Part shown: piece by piece, positions 1 to 10,870 of the stretch
Position numbering within the stretch: the first letter of the stretch is position 1
How the letters are laid out: each line of letters begins with the position of its first letter
From: Octopus vulgaris
Lineage: Eukaryota
DNA: 64,000 nucleotides
Direction: 5' to 3'
Assembly: GCA_951406725.2 (NCBI GenBank)
Contig: OX597820.1
Span: 90,830,001 to 90,894,000, forward strand
Position numbers and translations under genes: made by a program
The notes under the pieces: generated by a model
Told to the model about the DNA's origin: nothing
The model's database searches: none
What the model saw: only the letters and a program-made list of their open reading frames with translations

Positions 1-499
1 CACAACCAACATACTACAGAGAGCACTGACGATTACCGCGTCTCAAATCTTTAATATGAATTCGGCTCCACTGACTACAAAGAAGAAAATACAAAACAAA
101 TGATGATGATGATGGTGTTAATTTACTGGTCAATACATTAAAGATAATATAAGAGAATGAAACCCGATATCCAAAAAGTGGGGTGGTTACGTCCTTCAAA
201 TCGAAACCGACAACAATAAGGATATAGCAAAACATAAAAATAGAATTTAGCAAAAATCTTAACAAGAAAATTTACTTTAATAGCGAGACAACTAGGAGGA
301 GCTTCTGCGTCCCTTTGACCTCCATACAATCCCAAAAGAAAATCGACACACAATTGTGTATGGAATTTACACGAAACTATATGTAGTGGAAATGGTGAGA
401 AAATTTAAAAGTAAAGCATAAATACATACTACACAAAATATGAAGTATGTGAATATATGTTTAATGCAGTTCTGATTCAGGAAAGCCTCCAAATAGAAC

Positions 500-840
500 C
501 AGTCAAGATACCGCCCTTTAATTCTTAATGACCTCCATACAAGTTTTGACGAATTCAGTGACAGCAATCACTTCTCGCTCCATCCTCAATTGTTACTTGA
601 GAAAGTCTCAAAGTGTTCGGCTGAAGATGGTGTCAGTCGTCAATCCATTCAGCCTCGCTCATTTGCCTATCTCTTTCACCATAAACATCTGGGTATTAAA
701 GAAGTGTTGTAGAACGATACAAAAGATTCGGCCGTTAAACGTATCCGTCCTATACCTGAGGATAGCTCTTGACTTGGCACAGGGTTATGACTTCCCCATC
801 AGAACCCACCAAAGGTATATAATGAAGGTGTATAAATTAT
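500..840 (-). mobile_element. Decayed Tx1/L1-like LINE, ORF2 C-terminal end
   Basis: Manual minus-strand translation gives ...MVKEIGK*ARLNGLTTDTIFSRTL*DFLK*QLRMEREVIAVTEFVKTC..., which resembles the 'RLxGL...RxERE...F..RW' end of Tx1/L1 ORF2. Multiple stops. Recognised by recall only, no alignment run. Confidence 0.5.
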
Positions 841-959
841 GTAACTAGAATATGGGAAGACCTTGAGGTAATAAGTTACCCCATTGTTCTGGTTCACTGT
901 TCTTAGCTTAAAGAGACAAACATACCCAAAGATGACTGACTTGCGACAGATATGCACTA

Positions 960-1449
960 AAAGTTATTCAAGTACAATGAAATAAGAACAGAAAACCATA
1001 GTACAAACATACTCCAGAGAAAGTCTTCGGAAACAACAAACGTATCATGCTGTGGTATATGTGATTAAACATAGACATCAAATAAGGCTGAACGACAATA
1101 TATTGGTTCCTAAGTTCATTAGGAATAGAAATAGCTTCTAATCAACATGTGTATCTCAAACGAAATTGCTCAAATATAAGTAACTGGAAATAGCTTTAAC
1201 CCAAACTATAGACCTGGAATCACAATCATCACAGTAAAACAAGCTTTGGGAACGAAAAAATGAAATACAGTATGAAAGTCCCTGAACTTACGATTCTCCT
1301 TATATGTATAGCTTACTGTACAAAGCACAGCTAGGTACTACGCATATTACACACAATACTTTCAATATAGCAAACTTAATAAAATCAAAGCAAAACAATA
1401 ATCAAACTCAAGACACAAAGCAGCGCTCGGTATTGCAGTTATAGCACTC
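960..1449 (+). mobile_element. Decayed R4/Dong-like non-LTR retrotransposon 3' end (restriction-like endonuclease region plus 3'UTR)
   Basis: Fragments YKHTPEKVFGNNKRIMLWYM, KLLKYK*LEIALT, ALG, KVPELT and KAQLGTTHI match the R4/Dong C-terminus (WYxHxPEKV..ILWD..KLSKYKDLEIE..GALG..QKxALLGTAHILR). Ends CACTC directly into an (AAT)n array. Confidence 0.75.

Positions 1450-1506
<57 letters not shown>
1450..1506. repeat. (AAT)n microsatellite
   Basis: About 19 perfect AAT units. Confidence 0.98.
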
Positions 1507-2049
1507 TTTGCCATAATGCAACCAATGTTTGGTAATTGGCCTCAATAGTTGGCTGATAGTAATTTTTATGGGCCTCGGAGGTATGAAAAGACCGAAAGAT
1601 GGTAAATTAGTCTCTTTATTTAATGATATGATGATGCAGAATAATTAACTAGCTGGCTGTGATGAAACCTGAGTGTTTGACTAAATTAAATAATTACTTT
1701 ACTTTACTTCAGTAATATAATTCCCACATGGACCATCCTTTTTATTTAATGGAATGATTAGGATAACTATAGTGCACTGTTCATCATAACTTTATACCAT
1801 GAAGACCAGTTATAAACATTAACTACCGAAGTTCTACAGTTCTTGTCCGCTTTATTCAGTTGGAGTTGAAGTTTCGTCTGATGATTGATTTCTATGTAAT
1901 CCTGAAATATACGGCTGCAGTTTTCCGCTACTTACTCCTTATTTGAGAGTAGGGGTTTGTTTGGTTTGCTCATTATATTCCGTTCTGTTACAAACTATGT
2001 GTCGCCTGTATTTAACCCGTACTTTGTAAATAATCATTTGTTGGTAATA

Positions 2050-2248
2050 TTGATTTCCAATTTTGGCAAATTTTGACAGCAAGTTAGTGGAAGGAGTACG
2101 TTGATTACCTCTACAATAGTGCTCAACTGGTTCTCTTATTTATCGATTCTGAAAGGAGTCGACTTCAGTGGAATTTGAAATCAGGGCGTGAAAACGGACG
2201 AAGTATTTTTCCCGGCGGAGTAACAATTCGGCTAAGACGCTGCCTTAC
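2050..2248 (-). mobile_element. tRNA-derived SINE, family A (decayed)
   Basis: Reverse complement of the ttcaaattcc..gtcgac..ctttc..gataaataag..accag core seen at 5168-5380. Confidence 0.7.
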
Positions 2249-2759
2249 TTGTAGATAATTTAAACTTTCGTTCACAATTCTTCACATGACCGCCCTACAA
2301 TGCTTTTCGTAAATTACTGCCTTACTGAAGCATTACTATCATTGAAATTAAGTTCATAATAAATTTTAATAACGCATTGCTCTTAAATATCGAAGCGAAT
2401 GTTACTATATCATTCGCTTGCTTTTTATAAGAAAATTTCTTTCTTATTGTGAGAAATATAGTTTGGTGACTATCCTGCCACCGAAAGTCGTTCAGCGTTT
2501 TTAAATAGTGTCTATTTTACGACCACATTGGAAAGCAGTATTCAAGTGAAGCAGTCCAGGTTCGAATTGGAGTGCCATAAGGGCTTGGAGTACATGAATG
2601 CCCAGAAGATTATTTTTGCTGCGTTTTCTTTTTGGAACCATTGTTTTCTTCTTCTATTGGGACTTTTTATTGAACTGCTTGTTTTTTATTTCTTTCTTCT
2701 TCCCTTTTGTTTTCTTTTGAATTCTCTCTTTCCTTTTTTGTGAATTATTGCTTTAGACA

Positions 2760-3545
2760 TGGCAAAAAAACAAAAATACGGATAAGATTGTTGTGTGGGA
2801 GATTGTCCCACCGAAGCAGTGGTTAAAAGATATGGAGGGGAGGATGGTATTGGTCAGGAAGAAAAGAAAGAAAAAGGGTCATTGCAGGTGGGAGATGATG
2901 TGCTGTCTGCATGTCCCGAAGTTGTGCCACTTACGGTGGAAGAAACGACTCCCATCCTTAAAGATGATGAGTTAATTATCTTTTTCTACGAGGGCGGGGT
3001 GGTGGAAAAATAGTAGAACATAGACAGTAGATATGCCCTTCACACAGGATGCCGAATGGCCGCCGCAGATAACTGTGGAGGTCATAAGGTTTCCCTTGTG
3101 GAGGAGGCTTAAAGGATATGGGGAGGAGTGTTGCATATGGGCGGGTAGCCCTTACACGACTTACACGTTCTACATGAGTGAGGCACAGGAAATGGCGGGA
3201 TACAGGAACTCAAGCGGCATTGAAGATAATGTTGGATATATTGATGGATATATCGATGAGTAGGAGATGAAAAAACCTCGTTAGAGGGTTTGAAACCTAA
3301 TCTTATTGTATTATTTGTAATAGTTTATAACCACAATTGTGTGTTTAAAAAAACATGTTAAGAGGTTTAGTGCCTCCATCTCGTAAGAGGTTTGAAACCT
3401 CATATTGAAAATATGTTTTCGAGAAAAATCCAATCGGCGGGTGTTTGGTTTCGTCTCACATTTATTCATTTTATTTCATTTTCATTAATGTCTTTGTCCA
3501 GCCCGCAAAGCTACCCAATCTTTGTACTGCCTTTATGGCAAATTT
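2760..3545 (+). mobile_element. GC-richer unclassified interspersed repeat with a decayed acidic ORF
   Basis: Compositionally distinct, with broken reading frames (2795-3013, 3033-3263) and three GAGG..CCTC-type hairpins at 3280-3402. No domain recognised. Confidence 0.35.
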
Positions 3546-3734
3546 GATAAAATAAAATATCTATGTAATGTAATTTTTCTGAATCTTCAGAATTTTCAGT
3601 ATGCTAGACCACTGGTTAAACTTGCTATTAATCAAATTAATATTCAAATTTTCACCCTTATTTTAAAAATTTACATAAACAAGTAAAAGAATATATATAT
3701 ATGTGTGTGTGAGTGTGTTTGTGTATGTGTCCTT

Positions 3735-3925
3735 TCACCACCGCTTCACGACTAGTGTTGGTGTGTTTACATCCTTGTAACTTAGCGGGTCTGTGATAGG
3801 GACCGATTGAATAAGTACCAGGCTTAAAAAATGTACTGGTGTTGATTCATTCGACTAAAAAGGTTTTGTAGGCAGTTCCTTTGCATGGCCGCAGTCTGAT
3901 AACAGAGACAATTAAAAGATGAAAG
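3735..3925 (+). mobile_element. SINE family B, 3' half
   Basis: gtgtgtttacatccttgtaacttagcgg...gaataagtaccaggctt...gcatggccgcagtc matches 43350-43533. Confidence 0.8.
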
Positions 3926-4144
3926 CTATTAAAATTATATTTAAGAATCTATTAACCGACTCTATTTCTCCCCTACAAATACTTCTGTAGCACAAATTGA
4001 ACGGCCGCTTCAAAGAAATCCGTATAGAGAAGCACCACTTTCTCTCCGAAAATTAAACCATGTCATATATCCGAGGCACAACACCGGAGGTAAAATTAAC
4101 TCTGCTCCCGAGGTTTTATTTTATTTCAATTACTGCTAACAACT

Positions 4145-4432
4145 GGCGAAGGGTTATGGCTCAGTGGTTAGAGCGTAGAGCTTACGATCGTGAGGTTGTG
4201 AGTTCGATTCTCCGACTTGGGTGTGTGTTGTGTTTTGAGCAAGACACTATATTTCACGTTGCTCCAGTTCAGTCAGCTGTAGAAATGAGTTGCGACATCA
4301 CTGGTGCCAAGCTGTATCGGCCTTTGCCTTTCCCTCGGATAACATCAGTGGTGTGGAGAGGGGAAGCTGGTGTGCATGGGCGACTGCTAGCCTTCCACGA
4401 ACAATCTTGCCCTGATTTGTGCCTCGGAAGGT
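4145..4432 (+). mobile_element. tRNA-derived CORE-like SINE, family C (3'-truncated)
   Basis: A box TGGCTCAGTGG, B box GAGTTCGATTC, CORE-like TTGAGCAAGACACT; closely similar to 15770-16105. Confidence 0.9.
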
Positions 4433-5167
4433 GGTCTCGAAGCTTAGAACTGATCACATTGTTTTCATCGTTTAGCAGAATCTATGAAAGTCGATGCGAG
4501 TGAAAGGTGTGTATATCAATAATATCCTCACTGAAACAGCCAATCTAAAATTGCAATTTGATCGTTACTTTATCATTGAATAATAAATTGATTCGAATTT
4601 TTATCAATAAAATATTATAATTTGATGGTCATCTATCAACGGATCATGATTGTTAAGGTCATTTTTATCTAAAATCGAAATTTGAAAATTACTTTATCAC
4701 CAAATAGTAAATAATAATGGGCCGTTCTATAACAATATCTATAACTTAATGTTAATCTTTTGTTTTCTAATTGACAAGTTTATAATCTCCTGAAAATCTT
4801 TTTCAATTGGACAGCAAATATGAAAACTGTTGCTTTCTCTATTGTAATCGTCGTGATATTATCAATAATATTGACACAAAATAGATACATTAGAGATAAT
4901 TAGAAGTGAGATATGAGATATATGCTCTTGATTGATAAGCTCCATTAATTTATTTATTGATTATCATTATTATTATTATTATTGTTATATCACATTTCGT
5001 TTGTAGCAATTGCTTTATATTTAAAATAAAAGTTCACTTCTGGGACAGAACACGAGAAAATATCAAAATGAGAAACGGATTGAGGGATAAGAACAGGTTA
5101 GATGCTTGTGCCTAAGGCTACGAAGAGAATCAATCGTATCAGTCATAGCAGTAATTTATAATTTATT

Positions 5168-5378
5168 GGCGGCTAGAGGGCAGAATCGTTAGCACGCCGG
5201 ACGATACGCTTCAGAGAATTTCGTCCGTCTTTACGTTCTGAGTTCAAATTCCGTTGACGTCGGCTTCGCCTTTCATCCTTTCGGGGTCGATGAAATAAGT
5301 ACCAGTTATGCATTGAGGTCGCCGTAATTGACTAATCCCACCTCAAAAATTTCAGACCTTGTGCCTATAGTAGAAAGG

Positions 5379-5380
<2 letters not shown>
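5168..5380 (+). mobile_element. tRNA-derived SINE, family A
   Basis: B box GAGTTCAAATTCC; central gcctttcatcctttcggggtcgatgaaataagtaccag; ends in (TTA)n at 5379-5435. Confidence 0.9.
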
Positions 5381-5419
<39 letters not shown>

Positions 5420-5436
5420 TACTACTATTACTATTA

Positions 5437-5645
5437 AGACTACACGATCGCAGAAGCGTTAGCGTGTCGATCATGCTTAGCAGCATTTCTTGCGGCTTTA
5501 CGTCCTCGGTTTAAATGTTTCCGAAGTTGACTTAGCCTTTCATCCTTCCGTGGTCAATGAAATACTTACCAGTTGATCAGTGCCGATAATAAAATCAGCT
5601 TACCCACTCATGTCAAATTGCCGTCCTTATGCCAAAATTTAAAAG
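5437..5645 (+). mobile_element. SINE family A (older, tandem to the previous copy)
   Basis: gcctttcatccttccgtggtcaatgaaatacttaccag core. Confidence 0.75.
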
Positions 5646-6420
5646 ACTTACAATAATTATTAAACAAACCCAAAAAAGAATGTTGAAAAACAAGTCATTT
5701 AAAAGATGTGTTGGTAAAATTTTTGGAAATAAAAAAAGTGATTAAAGAGTTAGGATAAGAAAAGACAGGATAATCGTGAGTTTAATATAGCGAGAAAAAA
5801 ATAATGAAAAGAGAGGAAGATATAATGAAAAGGAAAAATTGTGAAATAGTGAATGGGAGGGGTGATTTCACATAAAGAAGAATACACATGAAAGAAAATA
5901 AAAACAAGAGAGTGGGAGAGGGAACGAGATAGGGTGAGGAGCGAAATAGGCGTGAAGAGATGGAGATTGTGTCTGGAGGCAAAGGTGGCAGGCATATAGT
6001 AGATACAGATAAGACATCAAAGGAAAACGATATGAAGGGGAAGATTGTACATAATGAATAATGGAGACGTTCAGCAGAATAAAATCTTATTAACTACAGA
6101 AAGTGTTCTATATTGTATTTAGTAACGTTTTTGTAGTTTTTGTTCTTCATATCTATTAAAGTAGCCTGTATTGGACACTCAGGATTCCTACAGTGACCAC
6201 CCAGTCATTCTAGGAGTTCCTAGAACTACATCATCCAATGTGTATTTTCTCCTGTCTAAGACAATAGAATTCGGCTGGACCTTTTTTTTTTTAAAGTTGA
6301 GCGAGCGTTGAATAAGTTTTAAGTTGTGACAACATAAGACTATTTAAATGCGATAGGTTGATGAAATCGGTAGAGGATCGTAGAAAATGCACAGTGACAT
6401 CTATTATTATAACTATTATT

Positions 6421-6966
6421 GAGTGAGAGAGCAGTTCATGCCATCAAAGTGACGCGGGTAAAATATACGAAGCCCAGTATATCCATCAAGACTAACTGTC
6501 TGATAAGGGTACACCAGGTACATGCACCATAACCATATGTGCGTGACATGGTGACCTCACATCAAGATAAACAGCACATGACCTTGCAGGTGGGGCCCAG
6601 TTAGAATTTTCTTCTGCTCGAGTAGCCCATCCCGCTCAAAAAGTCCCTGAATAAGGGTTGTTTGAGGATGTTGAACGAAACACCCATGTTTCCTGAGCTG
6701 AATTATTCAAACCCCAAAGAATCCCTCTTAACACATGGCTATGATGCTCCCCCTCTACTTCTGTCCGTGATCAGAGATGCACATATCGTCAGCCACTAAT
6801 GCTCAACTGGTTAAGGTCAAACAACTGACATGCAAATCTGTGGTATTGAGTAGAATATTTTCTGTAGCCGATCTTTTATACTAAGACAAAACAATGTACA
6901 TAACACTTTCAATCAGTTAAGATCAGAAGCCACGAGAGCCACTGCTTGGTACTGCATCAGGGCATT
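6421..6966 (-). mobile_element. About 545 bp non-coding interspersed element embedded in (TTA)n; putative non-autonomous R4/Dong partner
   Basis: Sharp compositional boundaries with TTA repeats on both sides. Minus-strand 3' end CACTC(AAT)n is identical to the end of the R4/Dong-like fragment at 1445. Confidence 0.6.
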
Positions 6967-7089
6967 TATTATTAATATTATTATTATTATTATTATTACT
7001 ACTACTACTACTACTTTCAGAATCCACGTACTGCAGGGGTCACCTGTATCTTCTATCCTGTCGGGTTAATAATCTTTTGCATTATAATC

Positions 7090-7690
7090 ACCGGGCCTGA
7101 AATTTTGTGGCGAGTAGTTAGTCGATTACACCGACCTGAGTGTTCAACTGGTGGTACTTAATTTTTCGACAAATAAAGGAGGAAAGTCAAAGTCAACCTC
7201 CGTGTAATTTGAACTCAGAGCATACAGACAAGCGAAATGCCCCTAAGCATTATTTCCAGTCTTAATGCTACACTCTATATAGGTACACAGTCTATTACAT
7301 TAACTTTAGTATTCCTCTGGTACTTGTTTTATCGACCTTGAAAGGATGAATGGCAAAGTCAACCTCGTCAGAATTTGAACTAGGAACGTAAAGACGGGCG
7401 AAATACCGGTAAGCATTTGTCCGACACACTAACTATTCTGCCAGCTCACTCCCTTAATAATAGTAATACATAAATAAATGAATGAATAAATAAATTTAGA
7501 CACAAGGTTAACAATTTTGAGGGGAATGAGGCAGTCGGTGCTATGAACATCATTACTTGACTGGTACTTATCCAACCCTGGAGGGATGAAAGGTAAAGTT
7601 GGTCTTTGCGGGACGTGAATTCAGAATGTAAAAGACGCTTCTTGACATTTTGTATGAAGTTCTAATGATTCTGCTAATTCACCGCTTAAG
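7090..7690 (-). mobile_element. Cluster of three SINE family A copies (about 7090-7258, 7300-7455, 7495-7690)
   Basis: Three repeats of ctggtactt...aaggatgaa..gcaaagtcaacctc...atttgaactcag. Confidence 0.8.
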
Positions 7691-7719
7691 GGTAGTAATA
7701 ATAATTTCATTTATCAGGA

Positions 7720-7952
7720 ATACACAAGGTACATTAATTACATTATTTACATTTGTCGGATATTTGTCCTCATTTTGTTTGTTGTTAACATAATGTTTCG
7801 GCTGATATACCCCCCCCCCCCGCCTTCATCAGGTGTCTTAGGGAAATTTCGAACCTGGGTTCTCATTCCTAAGGTATTTTTTCGATGTTATTAATATTAT
7901 TATTATTCAGGTCATTGCCTGGAATCGAACTCGGAATCTTGGGATTAGTAGC
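7720..7952 (-). mobile_element. tRNA-headed element with a hammerhead-like 3' region
   Basis: Minus strand: B box GAGTTCGATTCC (7921-7932), short (AAT)n, body, then CTGATGA-AGGC...GCC-GAAACATTATGTT (7785-7832). Confidence 0.65.
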
Positions 7953-8832
7953 TGAACAATGTACATGATTCCTCATTTTTTAAATATAGAACAATACACA
8001 AAGTGTTGGAAACATTACAGAGGCAAATTAAAACAATAAAAAATAATGCTTTGCATTCAGTAAAATAGAGGGACTTTTATGATGAGACGACACTGTAGGG
8101 CGATAGTAGTCTAGAACAGCTAAACATGAACTAGAGCAGGCCATGAAATTCAGAAAACAACCATGCATGATGAATCGGCTAGCAAAGCAAAGGAAGTGTC
8201 CTATCAATAATAAAACGTTCTGACATAGGTACAAAATCACAAACGAAGGAGTAGCTTTTACTCGTTTATATCGACACCAGAAATTGAGTTCTGCGCATTT
8301 TAATGTCATCTGGAAGCATGATATGTAAAATGAATACCGACAAAATTAGGACACGTATTCTATAAGGGAGTAATTAATTCCCCACAAGGCATTTCCTACG
8401 ATTTGAAATGATAATCTAACCTCATAATAACAATAGTATTTGTGAACTTCTATTCAAATTTGAAATAGGATCCCCATGGACACAAATGTTCTTCGGAGAG
8501 GAATGGATGCATGCAACAACGTACCGTTTTCTTCCCACTAATACATTCGAGGCGTCAGGATTATGTAAAAGTATAGGCCCATGTGTATAAGTAGATATAT
8601 TAATAAAGATATGTATGCACATATATACTTATACACACACAAATATAAATAGAGAGAAAGATGAAGCGAAACATAAATTGTTTGCAACTCAGTGTCTCTC
8701 ACTGTCTGTCTCTCTCTAGATGTACATACATACATGCTTACATGCAAACGTATACAGGGCAAGTAAGATATATTAATAAAATATAAGAAATCAGAGTAAG
8801 ATAGAGAAAAAGTGAATCGGGGAAAGAAAGAG

Positions 8833-8872
<40 letters not shown>

Positions 8873-9299
8873 TGAGTAAAAGATGGAAATATCAGATCGG
8901 TAGAGGCGGAATAGAGAGAAATAAAGAGAGTGGTGGGAGGAGAGAAAGAGAAATTATAAGAAGTACAGTGTGGCTGATTTTTCTCTTCAGAATTGAATTG
9001 TGCTTGTTAATGCACAACTGGTTCCTTTTAGTAGTGAATCTCGAAATGATCAGATGTGTGACAGTTATTAGTTACTCTGACATGTTTTCTCCGTGATTTG
9101 TGCAATCGCTTACCCATTTTCCAATTTTGTCATTAATGGCGTCGAAGAAACTTTACCGACGGCTATCATAATATCTTCTTCCGTTTCTGACGACTTTTAA
9201 TATAGAAATAAATATATGTTCAGAACGTATTACTTTCGAACCAAAAATAAGTACTTGGTTTTAATCATGTTATATTACAAATGTATTCGTTGCTTATGT

Positions 9300-9660
9300 A
9301 CATGCGTAACATATAAACACATACACACGCACACACGCAATAAAATATCCATATATATATGAAGAGAGAAAGAGAGAGAGAAAAAGAAAGAGGGAGATAC
9401 AGAGTGAGAGAGATACGCGGATGTAGACCGATAACTGCATCTCTTTCTCTCTCTCTCTCTTTTCCTCTCTCTCTCTCTTTTCCTCTCTCTCTCTATATAT
9501 ATGCATGTATGTTTACATGTGTATGTATATCTATATATGTATATATATATATATATATATATGTATGCACAAACACACAGGCACACACACACACACACAC
9601 GCACACATATATATACGTTTGTACATACAAAGTCATATAGATATATGCGCGCATAAATAC
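9300..9660. repeat. Compound (GA)/(CT)/(TA)/(CA) microsatellite
   Basis: Direct inspection. Confidence 0.95.
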
Positions 9661-10129
9661 ATTCATAAATTCATATATACTTTTTAGTTTGTCAATTTAA
9701 TAGGAGAGCACTCAATACAAAACTATAGAGTTTTCGAATGCTCATTGCCAATGTATTTTATTTATTAAGTATTTTTCTATTGCATTTGTCTTTTAAATTT
9801 TCAATTGTTTGGTTCTGTTTTCCATTTGTCTCCTTTACCGTCGTTTATCTGTTGTTGTTTATCCGTCTATCATTTTTCTGATCCTTTTCTCTCGATGGTC
9901 ATCTATGATTTTTTCAATATTTAACGTCTCCATTGGTAAATTCAGAAACTTTTCTGTTATTTACTTGACTAGTTCGTCATTGCATCTGCTTTTGCTTATC
10001 TTGTCCTTGTTTTCTTGTTTATTGCCTCATTATTTGCCTATTTATTGGTTGTTTCAGTAATTCTCCTACTGTTCCTGTTGATTTCGTCATTCACACCCTG
10101 TTTCATTAGTAATGTTATATCTGTTTCAT

Positions 10130-10870
10130 AAGTTATATAGTATCTAATCTCGTAAGAAATTTCTATATACTCTGGTTATTTTCTCTGGTGTGATACGGTA
10201 ATTTTGTCGTTCCTTTTATGTTGATATAACTTCTCCATCAATATTTACGTATTTGGAAATTTCTCGCATAAATTTATTGTATCTTTTTGCGATGCCCTGT
10301 GGATAGACTTCGGTCACAGTGCTTAATGGTTAGAATTATAATTTTGCTTATGCATTTCAATATTATTTCCCCGTTGACCCAAAATGTGCTTTGAAAGAAT
10401 TTCCTGTTCTGTAAATTGTGCAGAACGAATGAATGTGTGCTGTTTAGCTAGCGTTGCCGATGAAGTCTATGTCGATTGGTCCCACTTGAAATGCTGTCAT
10501 CTTGGATATTGCATCGTTTTTCTTCTTTTTTGTTTCGTACTTTCCATTTAACGAGTTCGACTTTGATTTGTTGCAGTTGCATCTGTTTTCATTTGTTGGC
10601 CGCGAGTTTATATATATGCCATATATCCGGTTTCTGGTGTAACTGTAAATAACTGTTCGACCGTTACTATTGAATAGCTTGTGGTATTTATGGCAACTGG
10701 AAAGTGTTTCGCGATTAGTGTTAGGAAGTTGTTTGCCACATTTGTCGCTACTTTTAAGTTGAAGTCCTGTTTAAACCAGAATTTTTTTTCTTCTTTCGTC
10801 TACTTGATAGTTCGTTCTGTGGCTTTGAGTATTTATTCTAATTTTTCTTTGAACTGAAGAACGGTACTGC
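10130..10870 (-). mobile_element. Decayed Penelope-like element ORF (RT-EN linker plus GIY-YIG region)
   Basis: Minus-strand translation: FWFKQDFNLKVATNVANNFLTLIAKHFP / CHKYHKLFNSNGRTVIYSYTRN ... RCNCNKSK..LNGK ... RTGNSFKAHF ... EISKYV. This matches the PLE motifs WFNPPF..V.TN...FL.LI.KHFP..H..HKIFN....SYS, CNC and FK.R..TELSKY. Frameshifts and stops present. Confidence 0.8.

Noticed and set aside
4157-4215. tRNA gene
   Set aside because: A and B boxes are present, but no complete acceptor stem was seen and the sequence continues into a SINE body repeated elsewhere
8080-8580. Coding-like unique stretch
   Set aside because: Stops in the frames examined and no recognisable domain
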